NCBI GenBank assembly: GCA_045652965.1
Contig: JAZOLI010000092.1
Coordinates: 3,524 to 67,523, forward strand
Length of the DNA stretch: 64,000 nt
Direction of reading: 5' to 3'
DNA from: Candidatus Scatosoma sp.
Lineage (GTDB): Bacteria > Bacillota > Clostridia > Christensenellales > Borkfalkiaceae
Shown: positions 9,091 to 17,699 of the stretch, in pieces
Layout: each line of letters begins with the position of its first letter
Position numbering within the stretch: position 1 is the stretch's first letter
Made by a program: the position numbers and the translations under genes
The notes under the pieces: model-generated
Seen by the model: the letters and a program-made list of their open reading frames with translations, nothing else
Told to the model about the DNA's origin: nothing
The model's database searches: none

Positions 9091-10050
9091 ATGGAAAACA
9101 AGAAATATTACGTTGGTATCGACTTGGGCGGTACGTTCATCAAGGGCGGTATCGTAGACGAAGATGGCAATATTTTAATCGTGGATAAAACGCCCACTGA
9201 AAAGAAAAAAGGTCATGACGGCGCGGATGGCGTGGCGGCGAACATTGCCGCGCTTGTGAAATCGCTCCTTGAAAGACAGGGGCTTACGGCGGCGGACGTC
9301 GTGGGGATTGGTATGGGCGCGCCCGGTATGATTGATAGCGGCACGGGCGTGGTGCTTTATTGGAGCAACATGGGTTGGAAAGATTTTGCGCTCGGTGCAA
9401 AATTGGAAGAATTGACGGGTTTGCCCGTGAAAATCGCAAACGATGCCAACGTGGCAGCTATCGGTGAAGTGAAATTTGGCGCGGCGAAACAGTTTAATAG
9501 CGCCGTGATGATTACGCTTGGCACGGGCGTGGGCGGCGGTGTCGTCGTGGATGGAAAGCTCGTGGAAGGCAACAAGGGCGCAGGCGCGGAGCTTGGGCAT
9601 AGCGTGGTGGAATTTGGCGGTCAGCAATGCTCTTGCGGAAGGAAGGGTTGCTTGGAAGCTTATGCATCGGCAACCGCTTTGATCCGCGACACCAAACGCG
9701 CAATGGAAGCGCATAAGGATAGCAAAATGTGGGAGATCGGTGCGCTGGATAAAGTGGATGGCAAAACGGCGTTCGATTATCAAGATAAGGACGTGCAGGC
9801 AAAGGCGGTTGTGGAGAACTATATCGCGCATCTTGGTTGCGGACTTGTCAATTTCGCCAACATCTTCCGTCCCGAAGCAATTATTTTGGGCGGCGGCGTG
9901 TGTGCGCAAGGGGATAACCTTGTGAAACCTTTACAGGAAATTATGGATCGCGAAATCTTCGCAGGGAAAATTGGACCGCAAGTGCCTATTTTGGTTGCCG
10001 AGCTTGGCAACAGCGCAGGGCTTTTGGGTGCGGCGGCACTTTTAATGTAA
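9091..10050 (+). CDS. glcK: ROK-family glucokinase
   Basis: GIDLGGTFIKGG N-terminus and the ROK zinc motif GHSVVEFGGQQCSCGRKGCLEAYAS. RBS AAGGAG lies upstream. Confidence 0.85.
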   Translation: MENKKYYVGIDLGGTFIKGGIVDEDGNILIVDKTPTEKKKGHDGADGVAANIAALVKSLLERQGLTAADVVGIGMGAPGMIDSGTGVVLYWSNMGWKDFALGAKLEELTGLPVKIANDANVAAIGEVKFGAAKQFNSAVMITLGTGVGGGVVVDGKLVEGNKGAGAELGHSVVEFGGQQCSCGRKGCLEAYASATALIRDTKRAMEAHKDSKMWEIGALDKVDGKTAFDYQDKDVQAKAVVENYIAHLGCGLVNFANIFRPEAIILGGGVCAQGDNLVKPLQEIMDREIFAGKIGPQVPILVAELGNSAGLLGAAALLM

Positions 10051-10083
10051 GGCTCTGACACAGCCTAATGCAAAAGAATGGCG

Positions 10084-10107
10084 TGCGGCGGCACTCGTGC
10101 CGCCGCA
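10084..10107 (+). terminator. GC-rich stem-loop after the glucokinase gene (no clean U-tract)
   Basis: Stem tgcggcggcac / gtgccgccgca of 11 bp, followed by taaaaagatttt. Confidence 0.45.
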
Positions 10108-10151
10108 TAAAAAGATTTTCCTATGAAATCGTGAAAAATCGCGCAAAAACA

Positions 10152-10180
10152 GTTGACAAAAAAAGAAAAACATTCTATAC
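10152..10180 (+). promoter_or_regulatory. Sigma-70-type promoter driving the tRNA-Arg locus
   Basis: TTGACA (10152-10157), 17-nt spacer, TATACT (10175-10180). Confidence 0.6.
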
Positions 10181-10221
10181 TATATAAGCACTTTGAGAAA
10201 AGCGCAAAAAATTTAACGTTT

Positions 10222-10248
10222 GCACTGTTAGCTCAACTGGATAGAGCG
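10222..10248 (+). repeat. Duplicate of the 5' 27 nt of tRNA-Arg (acceptor 5' strand plus the whole D-arm), not continued as a tRNA
   Basis: 27/27 identity to 10411-10437 (gcactgttagctcaactggatagagcg). The sequence then diverges into a long hairpin. Confidence 0.85.
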
Positions 10249-10254
10249 ACGAGA

Positions 10255-10293
10255 TTGCCTGTTGAAAAAGCATTGATAATGCTTTTTAGGCAA
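10255..10293 (+). other. Long hairpin directly after the tRNA 5'-half copy
   Basis: Outer stem ttgcct/aggcaa and inner perfect 10-bp stem aaaaagcatt/aatgcttttt with a 3-nt loop. Confidence 0.6.
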
Positions 10294-10410
10294 GCGAGAT
10301 GAGTGAGCGCATAAATCCGCGCGAACGGTGACCGAGAACAACGAAAACCTTGCGTTGTTCGAGAAAGTCTACGGAACGTAGAGCGACGCAACGTTAAAAA
10401 CTGAATATAA

Positions 10411-10487
<77 letters not shown>

Positions 10488-10489
10488 GG

Positions 10490-10524
10490 AAATACCCCTG
10501 CGACATTGGTCGCGGGGGTATTTT
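10490..10524 (+). terminator. Intrinsic terminator after tRNA-Arg
   Basis: 14-bp stem aatacccctgcgac / gtcgcgggggtatt with one G-U pair, loop attg, followed by tttt. Confidence 0.75.
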
Positions 10525-10528
10525 CCTG

Positions 10529-10548
10529 CCGAAGGGGTTCGAACTCCT
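10529..10548 (+). repeat. Degenerate fragment resembling the anticodon-stem 3' strand / T-arm of tRNA-Arg
   Basis: ccgaaggggttcgaactcct compared with ccgaaggctaggagttcgaacctc in the intact tRNA. Confidence 0.5.
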
Positions 10549-10617
10549 ATGTGACAAGGAAGCTGTTGAACCGTAAGGAGCGCGAAGCGCGACGGAATAG
10601 CGAGCCTGCGAGCGTCA

Positions 10618-10630
10618 GGCTAGGAGTTCG
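10618..10630 (+). repeat. Second fragment identical to the variable-loop / T-arm part of tRNA-Arg
   Basis: ggctaggagttcg shows 13/13 identity with 10456-10468. Confidence 0.6.
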
Positions 10631-10721
10631 GGTTGACGCTTGCGCAACCCTGCGCCTTGCGCGCAGTAGCTTTTGCTGTATTTATAGAAAGGTTTGCGTT
10701 GTATCAACAAAACCCCGTATT

Positions 10722-11270
10722 CTATTTGAATAAGTTAATTAGTTCCTTTTTCTTTTGGGTTGCGTATTTATAAGCGAGTTTCGTTCCGCTTTTTGGTTGA
10801 TATGTCGATAATGCGTTGCGGCATGGTTTTCTTAAAGGTGGGGTGTATTCTTCGTTATAGTAAAACACGCAAAAATCGCTATCGTCAATCATTGCTTGAT
10901 TTCGCTTAACATATTGCGCTTTTCCCGAAGTCCATTTTGTTTTATGTTCAACTTCTTCTTCAATGCCGAGCAAAACTGCGGGACAGTTCTCTAAACGTGA
11001 ATAGATTTTTTCCCAATAGGCGCGTTCTTTTTCTAACGTACACGTTTCGCTTCGACACGTATAAGCACGTCTTTGTATATGCGGATAGTGGCTTTCTTTT
11101 AGTTCGGTCACGATAGCGTGGCAAAGGGAATTGAAATCGCTTCTGCTTCCAAACAAGAACGCTTCAACTTTTTCATTTTCTATAAGATGGGTAATCACGG
11201 ATTTTAACCGACTTTTAAGATCTTCCGTTTCTTCAATTTTTCTATGCCCAAAAAAGCTGCAAGTTTTCAT
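10722..11270 (-). CDS. SLOG-superfamily protein, DUF1273/YpsA-like
   Basis: MKTCSFFGHRK N-terminus, FLFGSRSDFNSLCH and YVKRNQAMIDDSDFCVFYY blocks. ATG 11270 is used; the ORF-track start 11489 adds 73 aa of AT-rich read-through. Confidence 0.65.
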   Translation of the reverse strand: MKTCSFFGHRKIEETEDLKSRLKSVITHLIENEKVEAFLFGSRSDFNSLCHAIVTELKESHYPHIQRRAYTCRSETCTLEKERAYWEKIYSRLENCPAVLLGIEEEVEHKTKWTSGKAQYVKRNQAMIDDSDFCVFYYNEEYTPPLRKPCRNALSTYQPKSGTKLAYKYATQKKKELINLFK

Positions 11271-11665
11271 AGCCGCTCCCGATAAACAAAAAAGCCGTTT
11301 GAAAACAATTTTTTTGTTTCCAAGCGGCGCTTTACCTTTGATTGAATTGACATAAAATAAGATGCCGCATACCTTACGATATACGGCAAATATAGAATAT
11401 ACCTTTCTCGTAAGTTTGCGACAACTCTTTTCCCAATAACACGTTTTAGCAACGGATTGTAAAAACGATAATAGATATAATCCTACCAAGATTATATCCG
11501 TCGCTAACGCTTATTATAACTATTGGGAAATTTTACCTTTTTACACAAAAAGACTAAAAGAATTGTCGCATACTTATTATAAGCGATTATTTTTAAAAAG
11601 TCAATAAAAAATCAGACTCCTTAACGGAATCTGATTATTTTTCTTTAAAATGCAAAATGTAAGCC

Positions 11666-13054
11666 TTATTTTTGTTTGCTCTTTCTTTTGAAGATAAAGC
11701 GGCGGAACAAAATAAGGTTCATAACAAGGAAGAAACCAACCAAGATGATAAGCGTAAAGATCGGTTGTTTGGGCGCGAGCGTTGCCAAAAGCATAAGCGG
11801 GAAGCCAAACACCATGGCAGGGAAATTTTGATAAACCAAGTTTTCCGCGGTGGGGGTGACGAAATCGCCGTCCACTTCACGCAAAAGAATAATCCCCGTG
11901 CTCGCCGTTCCCGTGAGCATGCCGTACATTGCCAAAAATTGCTCTTCCGCATAGTTTTTAAACAGCGTTCTTGCCACGAAATAGTTGTAAAAATAAGTGG
12001 AGATTAAGCCGACAACGCCAAGGATGAGAAGAATTGACCAATAAGATGCGACAACGTCCAAATTGATGGCGGCGATTCCTGCAACGACCATGATGTCAAA
12101 GAAGAAATTGCAAATGCGATCCATTAAAAAATCGTTGGTGTATTTAAATTTCATGATGCCTGTTTTGTTTAAGAAATTTAACACCAATTTCACGAGCGTT
12201 GCCATCAACACGCCGATAAGGAAGTTGAAACCGTAAACAATCGATCTTGCGCCGGGGAGAAGTGTGCCGATGCCGAGCATAAGCAAATAAGTCAAGAAAT
12301 AAGCAAGCGCGATCAAGGCAAGTTGCACGGTCAATTTATCCATGCCACCGTTCATCGGGATTTCGTCTTTATCTTGAATGGCGTTTTCCGTTAAAACTTC
12401 CGCGCCCTGCATTTTGGACGGGAAACGGTTTTTGCGTTTTATGATGTTCAAATGAATGACGCCGCCGATGCTTGCGCTTAAAAAGCCGAGCGCAGCGATT
12501 GTAAGACCGAAGCTTTTGCCACCGATAAAGCCATAATCCGCTTCGTAAATGCTTCCATAGTTGAGTGCTTGTCCCGTGCCTTGACCATAGCCAAAGGGGA
12601 GCAACACACCTGCCGCCGCAAAGAAATCTTGAATGATAAGAGATGCCACAATGGTGATGCCCAAGCCCAAAACCGCTTGCAATAAATAGGTGGAAACGGT
12701 CGTCACGCCCGTGTTAAAAATTTCGACGGAGCGTTCTTTGGTGAGCTTATGTTTTTTGCCCTTAAAGGAAACGGCGATAAAGCCAAGTGCAAGGGTGTGA
12801 TAGGTGATCATTTCAAGCACGCTGTTTCCATTTCCACAGAAAAATTCGGTGTTCCAAATGGAAACGTTTGTGATCGATTTATAAACAATGTTCAAGCCGA
12901 ACAAGATCAAACCGCCGAGAACGGACGTGGGGATCAACGATTTTTTTAAAAAGCCCACCCGTCTTTTGAGCATGTTTGCAAAAAGTAAACTGATAAGGAG
13001 CACGGCGACTAAGCTGAAAGTGCCCCAAACTTTAAAGTCCCAAAAATTTTCCAT
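11666..13054 (-). CDS. gltS: Sodium/glutamate symporter (GltS/ESS family)
   Basis: Polytopic membrane protein. FLKKSLIPTSVLGGLILFGL, GYGQGTGQALNYG and GMLTGTASTGIILL align with remembered E. coli GltS blocks. RBS GGAGTGG lies upstream. Confidence 0.7.
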   Translation of the reverse strand: MENFWDFKVWGTFSLVAVLLISLLFANMLKRRVGFLKKSLIPTSVLGGLILFGLNIVYKSITNVSIWNTEFFCGNGNSVLEMITYHTLALGFIAVSFKGKKHKLTKERSVEIFNTGVTTVSTYLLQAVLGLGITIVASLIIQDFFAAAGVLLPFGYGQGTGQALNYGSIYEADYGFIGGKSFGLTIAALGFLSASIGGVIHLNIIKRKNRFPSKMQGAEVLTENAIQDKDEIPMNGGMDKLTVQLALIALAYFLTYLLMLGIGTLLPGARSIVYGFNFLIGVLMATLVKLVLNFLNKTGIMKFKYTNDFLMDRICNFFFDIMVVAGIAAINLDVVASYWSILLILGVVGLISTYFYNYFVARTLFKNYAEEQFLAMYGMLTGTASTGIILLREVDGDFVTPTAENLVYQNFPAMVFGFPLMLLATLAPKQPIFTLIILVGFFLVMNLILFRRFIFKRKSKQK

Positions 13055-14330
13055 TTTCCACTCCTGCCTTTATGTTTTTATAATGGTGATAAAATTGCAC
13101 GTATTTTAAAGCGTTGAAACGCTTGTTTCCTTTCACTTGATACACCTTTTTGTTGTTGTCGAGATAAACGTTGAGCTTGTTTTTCCCTAGCACCGTGACG
13201 GCGGAAACTTCGTCCAAGGAAAACACGGTTTTTTCGTCCTTGTCAATAAATTCAAAACGATCGTTAAACGCGCACATGGTTATGTCTTTTTTCAAAAGAT
13301 GCTTTCTCTTGTAAAAAGTCACTTTAGAAAGAGAAACGTTTTCGTCTACGTAAGCAGGCGTGTGCGCGAACGGGGAAATGTCCAGCTTGGAGATAAAATC
13401 CGTTTGATAATCGTACCACTCGCCGACGTGTTTAAAGGGGAAATCACAGCCTATGCCTTTGAGCTGTTTGCTCGGTAGATATCGGATTTGTTTATGGCAG
13501 GTTTTACACTCAATCACGTCGTTTTTGCTCTCGAAAACGGACAAGCCGCAATCGGGACAAACGTAGATGGCGCGCTCTAAATATTCCGCGCTCTTCGTGT
13601 GCAAAAATTCCTCGGTGGAAACGTTTTCGTCTACAAACAATTCGCTTTGAATCACGCTATAAAGCTCGTCCGCGGAATAGGTTGCAATTTCTTCCGGTTG
13701 CATCACGCGCGAAACGTAGGCGCGCATTTTGCCCTTGCGAACCACGTCGCTCCATCTCGGCTGTACGCCATAGCCGCCTTCAATGCGCATAAAAGCGATG
13801 GGGATTTTCAGCATCAAAGCAAGCTTTGCAATCGACGGGTTGATATATTCGGTTTTACCACTATACGTTCTATTGCCCTCGGGGAAGATGGCGATCGAGC
13901 CGCCTTCTTTCGCCACGCGCAGACAATTGAGAACCGCGCCCCTGTCGTGTGTGTTTTTCTTGATGGGGATAGGGGCGATGAAAAAGCGCAAAAGCTTAGA
14001 AACAAATCCTGCGGAGAAAATGTCTTCAGAAGCTACGATATAAACAGGGCCTTTAAAAATCATGTCGACGAAAAATTGATCGTAGCCCGTTTGGTGGTTC
14101 ATAAGGATCAAATAAGGCCGTTTTTCTTGTCCTTTAAATCGCTCTAAAGATATTCTCGTTTTCACTTTTACGTAAGTGCCTAAAAAAGGAGCAACAATTG
14201 CCTTTACGATTTTATGGCGAAGCTTGATCCATTTTTTGCGCTTTTTGTTTTTCGTTTCTTTCTCTTGCATAAATTTTTCTATCTTTTGTCGTTCTAGCTT
14301 AATTTTCTTTTTGCCCAGCGGTTTGGACAT
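13032..14330 (-). CDS. Lysophospholipid (1-acyl-sn-glycerol-3-phosphate type) acyltransferase family protein with a C-terminal zinc-ribbon-containing extension
   Basis: H(X)4D motif LMNHQTGYDQF, IFPEGNRT block, and a CPDCG...CKTCH ribbon. The 3' end overlaps the gltS start by 23 nt. Confidence 0.7.
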   Translation of the reverse strand: MSKPLGKKKIKLERQKIEKFMQEKETKNKKRKKWIKLRHKIVKAIVAPFLGTYVKVKTRISLERFKGQEKRPYLILMNHQTGYDQFFVDMIFKGPVYIVASEDIFSAGFVSKLLRFFIAPIPIKKNTHDRGAVLNCLRVAKEGGSIAIFPEGNRTYSGKTEYINPSIAKLALMLKIPIAFMRIEGGYGVQPRWSDVVRKGKMRAYVSRVMQPEEIATYSADELYSVIQSELFVDENVSTEEFLHTKSAEYLERAIYVCPDCGLSVFESKNDVIECKTCHKQIRYLPSKQLKGIGCDFPFKHVGEWYDYQTDFISKLDISPFAHTPAYVDENVSLSKVTFYKRKHLLKKDITMCAFNDRFEFIDKDEKTVFSLDEVSAVTVLGKNKLNVYLDNNKKVYQVKGNKRFNALKYVQFYHHYKNIKAGVENGKFLGL

Positions 14331-14458
14331 TTTGATTGCTAGTTATATTATACTATTTTTTGGGGGTGCTGGTCAAAACAATTTCATGCCATTTTTGTGA
14401 AAAATGTATAAAAGTTTAAATTTTATGCCTATTTTTTTATTTTTCGTTGATTTGGCGT

Positions 14459-14484
14459 GAAAAAAGCCCACACTTGTGTGGGCT
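14459..14484 (-). terminator. Intrinsic terminator of the 14521-15435 gene
   Basis: Stem agcccacac / gtgtgggct. A T-run follows on the minus strand. Confidence 0.65.
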
Positions 14485-14520
14485 TGGTCGTTTTGGATAA
14501 GAGCAAAATCGGGTATGGCG

Positions 14521-15435
14521 TTATTTTTTTATGTCGGTGATTTTGCCGTTAACTATGCTTACCGCGGAGTTTTCGATTCCAAAAAGGCGTCCAGATTTTT
14601 TATACACGAGTCCGCAAACGTTGGGCTTGTCGGTGAGCGTGACCGAGCAAAATTCACCCAAATATCCTTTCAGCTTTTCCGCTTGACTTGCTAAATCGTC
14701 GGAAAGGAAAGAAAGATAGTTGGCGCCAAGCAAAACGCTTTCAAAAAACGCAAAGGGCAAAAGTTCGGCTTTAAGCGTTTCGGGATCGTTTTCGCCGTTT
14801 CGCGTTCTTTTTTGCGACAGGGTGCATTTCGTTTGCGTTAAGCCCTGCTCGCTCATCTCCCACTCGCAATCGGCAACACGCCCCAAGCTATCCAAAAGGG
14901 GGAGTGTGGCTTGTAGCTTGCCTGCTTCCACCGAGCAAGAAATTGTGTTTTCCAAAAGCACTCTCTCGCCAAAAAGGGTGTAAACGGCGAGCATGCTCGG
15001 GGCTTTTAAAAGCAGCAATCCGCTCTCAAAAATCAGCTCGGAATTTTCAAACGTAGGGGGCAGGGTTGAGATGAAAAATCCTTTTTCCGTTTGTAGGGAT
15101 AGCTGCAACTCTCCTTGATAAAAGAGCGTTGCAACGTTTTTCTCGAAGCGGTGTTGCGTGAGAATTTTAAGCGTGAGATCGCTTGGGGGAAAATCGCGAG
15201 CAAAAATTGCAATCGCGTTTTCAAGCAAATAAACTTCGCAGCCTGTAGGCGGTGTGTGGCGCACGTTTTCATTTAAGAAAAAGCCGATCGGTTGTGCGTT
15301 TTCGGGGGAAAAGCGAACGAAAACGTTGTCCTTTAACGAGATTTCCGCAAATCGTTCAAAGCGGTCGGTGAGCCCGAAATAGGCATCGTTTAAAGTGAGC
15401 GCGCAAGGGCGCGCGGATAAAAAATAAATTTTCAT
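14521..15435 (-). CDS. Hypothetical protein (about 304 aa), no recognisable motif
   Basis: Long ORF with a terminator downstream. The start is uncertain (ATG 15435 or TTG 15459), and neither has a clear RBS. Confidence 0.5.
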   Translation of the reverse strand: MKIYFLSARPCALTLNDAYFGLTDRFERFAEISLKDNVFVRFSPENAQPIGFFLNENVRHTPPTGCEVYLLENAIAIFARDFPPSDLTLKILTQHRFEKNVATLFYQGELQLSLQTEKGFFISTLPPTFENSELIFESGLLLLKAPSMLAVYTLFGERVLLENTISCSVEAGKLQATLPLLDSLGRVADCEWEMSEQGLTQTKCTLSQKRTRNGENDPETLKAELLPFAFFESVLLGANYLSFLSDDLASQAEKLKGYLGEFCSVTLTDKPNVCGLVYKKSGRLFGIENSAVSIVNGKITDIKK

Positions 15436-15539
15436 AAAATATTCTATGCTTTTTTTCAAAGGAAAAGTATAAAATGAAAAAATCCGTCAATAATTTAGGC
15501 TGACGAGAATTGAATCGCAACAATATTGGAGGAATGGTT

Positions 15540-16178
15540 ATGAATAAAATCAACGGCTATACGGAAGAAGAAGCGAGAAATTTGATTGAATATATAAAAG
15601 ATGGCAAAAGCAAAGGAAAAACACTTACCTATCTTTTTGAAACCTACGGTTTAAAGCGTGGGCGCGCAAAGGGGAGCGTGCGAAATTATTATTATGCGCT
15701 TATGAAAAACGAGAAAAACGACGAGCGGATCGTGCACCTTTTGGACGGCTCGCGCCTTTCCGTGGAAAAGATCCGTGAATTTACCGAAGAAGAAACCGAC
15801 CAAGTTTTGAAAGATATTTTAACGGAAAAGAGCAAGGGGTTATCGGTGCGCCGCGCCATTTTTAACCTTTCGGGCGGCGACGATAAGCTCATGCTTCGCT
15901 TGCAAAACAAATATCGCAATACGCTCAAAAAAGAGCCGCAGCGCATTGCGGCGATGGCGGAAAAGCTTGGATTTGACGAAGAAGTTCAAAAGGTGCGCAC
16001 GCGCGCGAGCGGAGAAAAAAGCGAACGCCCCGCGCTTCCCGATAAGGATTTTTTGCGTCGTCGTTTGGAAAACGAAATCAACGCCCTCTACGATCGCCTT
16101 GCCTTGTCGCTCAAAGCCGAAAATGAACGCCTGCGCACGGAAAATCAAAAACTCAAAGACGAACTTTTGGCAAAGTGA
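15540..16178 (+). CDS. Hypothetical protein with a Myb/SANT-like (RsfA-like pattern) N-terminus and a C-terminal coiled coil
   Basis: RBS GGAGGA lies 6 nt upstream of ATG 15540. YTEEEARNLIEYIKDGKSKGKTLTYLFETYGL..RGRAKGSVRNYYYAL loosely follows the RsfA/Myb repeat pattern. The tail ENERLRTENQKLKDELL is coiled-coil. Confidence 0.45.
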   Translation: MNKINGYTEEEARNLIEYIKDGKSKGKTLTYLFETYGLKRGRAKGSVRNYYYALMKNEKNDERIVHLLDGSRLSVEKIREFTEEETDQVLKDILTEKSKGLSVRRAIFNLSGGDDKLMLRLQNKYRNTLKKEPQRIAAMAEKLGFDEEVQKVRTRASGEKSERPALPDKDFLRRRLENEINALYDRLALSLKAENERLRTENQKLKDELLAK

Positions 16179-16228
16179 GTGAAAAAAAACAGCCCCGACC
16201 GTTTCACGATCGGGGAGTTTTTTTGTTG

Positions 16229-16465
16229 TTATTTCGCGGAACGGGATCTGCGAGATTTCGTTTCCGCATCGGAAGTTTTTTCTTCTTTTTCTTCCGATTT
16301 GCCTTTCTCTTCAAACATACGGAGTTTTTCATCCATCAGTTCGTCGAGCTTCGATTGCACTTCTTCTTGACCTTTTCTAACCAGCATGCGCATTTTATAA
16401 TTGTTTGCCGTAAGCAAAGCGCCGCATACGCCGCCGAGCAAAAGCCCTGCCACGAATTTTTCCAT
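16229..16465 (-). CDS. YtxH-domain-like small membrane-associated protein
   Basis: MEKFVAGLLLGGVCGALLTA hydrophobic N-terminus followed by a charged helical region. Confidence 0.55.
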   Translation of the reverse strand: MEKFVAGLLLGGVCGALLTANNYKMRMLVRKGQEEVQSKLDELMDEKLRMFEEKGKSEEKEEKTSDAETKSRRSRSAK

Positions 16466-16544
16466 ATTTTCCTCCTCAAACAAAACGCCGAAGGGCGTTT
16501 TTTGCTTGTAGGAACAGTATGTGAAAGAATTAGAAAATTATGCG

Positions 16545-17306
16545 TTATTCAAGATCCATTGCTTCGTCGCTATCTTCAAATTGTTCATATTGATGGCAAA
16601 ATTCCGCAAAAACTTCGTCCATAAGCTGTTCGTCGTCAAGCGCGGCAAGGCGTTTGTCGTCGCCTTCGCCTTCCAAACGGAACATCACCACTTCGTCTTC
16701 TTCCTCTTCGGTTTCAGGCTCTGCTTTTTGGAAGAAGCAATACCATTCGCCGCGATATTCAATCGTGCCGATGTGCCAAAATTTTTCAGCGTTGCCTTCT
16801 TCGTCTTCAAGCTCTATGATACGATCTTCTTCTTCGTATTCTTCCGTTTTCACTTCGTTTTTCATGGTTTTCTCCTTTTCTTGGTTTTTTATTTTCTTGA
16901 GATAACTTTCGAGAATAAACGACGCGGCGATCGAATCAATCGTTTGTTTGCGCCGATCGCGCTTGACACCGCTCATCATTTGCGTTTCGCGAGCTTCGGC
17001 GGTGGTAAACCGCTCGTCTTCCGTTTCAATGGGAATGGAAGTTTTTTCTCGGAGTGCATCGATAAAACGGCGCGTTTTTTCCGTTTGTTCGCTTTCCGTG
17101 CCATCGGTGCTTATAGGCAAGCCGCACACGATCACGCCCACGCCCTTGTCTTCGGCAATTTTAGCGATCGCTTGCACGTCTAATTGAAAATTGCGCGTGC
17201 GAAAATAGGTATCGCAAGGCATAGCGTATTCATTGAACGGGTCGCTCACGGCAACGCCGATTCGTTTGTCGCCTATATCAAAGGCTATTGCTCGTTTGGT
17301 TATCAT
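16545..17306 (-). CDS. ruvX: Holliday-junction resolvase-like RuvX/YqgF fused in frame to a DUF1292-like acidic domain
   Basis: The N-terminal ~140 aa read AIAFDIGDKRIGVAVSD...VCGLP...ERFTTAEA...DSIAASFILESYL (YqgF). The C-terminal ~105 aa read IIELEDEEGNAEKFWHIGTIEYRGEWYCFFQ...VVMFRLEGEGDDKRL, matching the DUF1292 pattern. No stop codon separates the two parts. Confidence 0.8.
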   Translation of the reverse strand: MITKRAIAFDIGDKRIGVAVSDPFNEYAMPCDTYFRTRNFQLDVQAIAKIAEDKGVGVIVCGLPISTDGTESEQTEKTRRFIDALREKTSIPIETEDERFTTAEARETQMMSGVKRDRRKQTIDSIAASFILESYLKKIKNQEKEKTMKNEVKTEEYEEEDRIIELEDEEGNAEKFWHIGTIEYRGEWYCFFQKAEPETEEEEDEVVMFRLEGEGDDKRLAALDDEQLMDEVFAEFCHQYEQFEDSDEAMDLE

Positions 17307-17411
17307 GACATTATTATACCACAAAACTAGCCTTCCGTCTATCGTTTGAAAGGGGATAAACGGGAAAATAAAAAATCCCAAGCAAAAAGCTTGGGATAAT
17401 TTTCATTTAGC

Positions 17412-17660
17412 TTACTCGCCTTTGAAGGGGAGAAGTGCTGCGATTCTCGCGCGCTTGATAGCGGTTGCGAGAAGTCTTTGATGCGCCGCGCACGTGCCGC
17501 TCATTCTACGGGGGAGAATTTTTCCGCCTTCCGTGATGAATTTCTTTAAACGGTTTACGTCTTTATAATCGATTGCGTCGAGTTTTTCTTGGCAGAATGC
17601 GCATACCTTTTTACGGGGTGCTTTTTTGAATACCTTTTTTAAGGGTGCTTTTTCTTCCAT
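17412..17660 (-). CDS. rpsR: 30S ribosomal protein S18
   Basis: [42 protein letters not shown]. Confidence 0.95.
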   Translation of the reverse strand: MEEKAPLKKVFKKAPRKKVCAFCQEKLDAIDYKDVNRLKKFITEGGKILPRRMSGTCAAHQRLLATAIKRARIAALLPFKGE

Positions 17661-17699
17661 TTCCGTTTTACTCCTTTTTCAATTTTCTTTCCCTATGTC

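Noticed and set aside
10506-10733. 75-aa ORF in the region just downstream of tRNA-Arg.
   Set aside because: It spans the tRNA-fragment scars. It has an Arg/Cys/Ser-rich nonsense-like sequence, no RBS, and begins inside the tRNA terminator stem.
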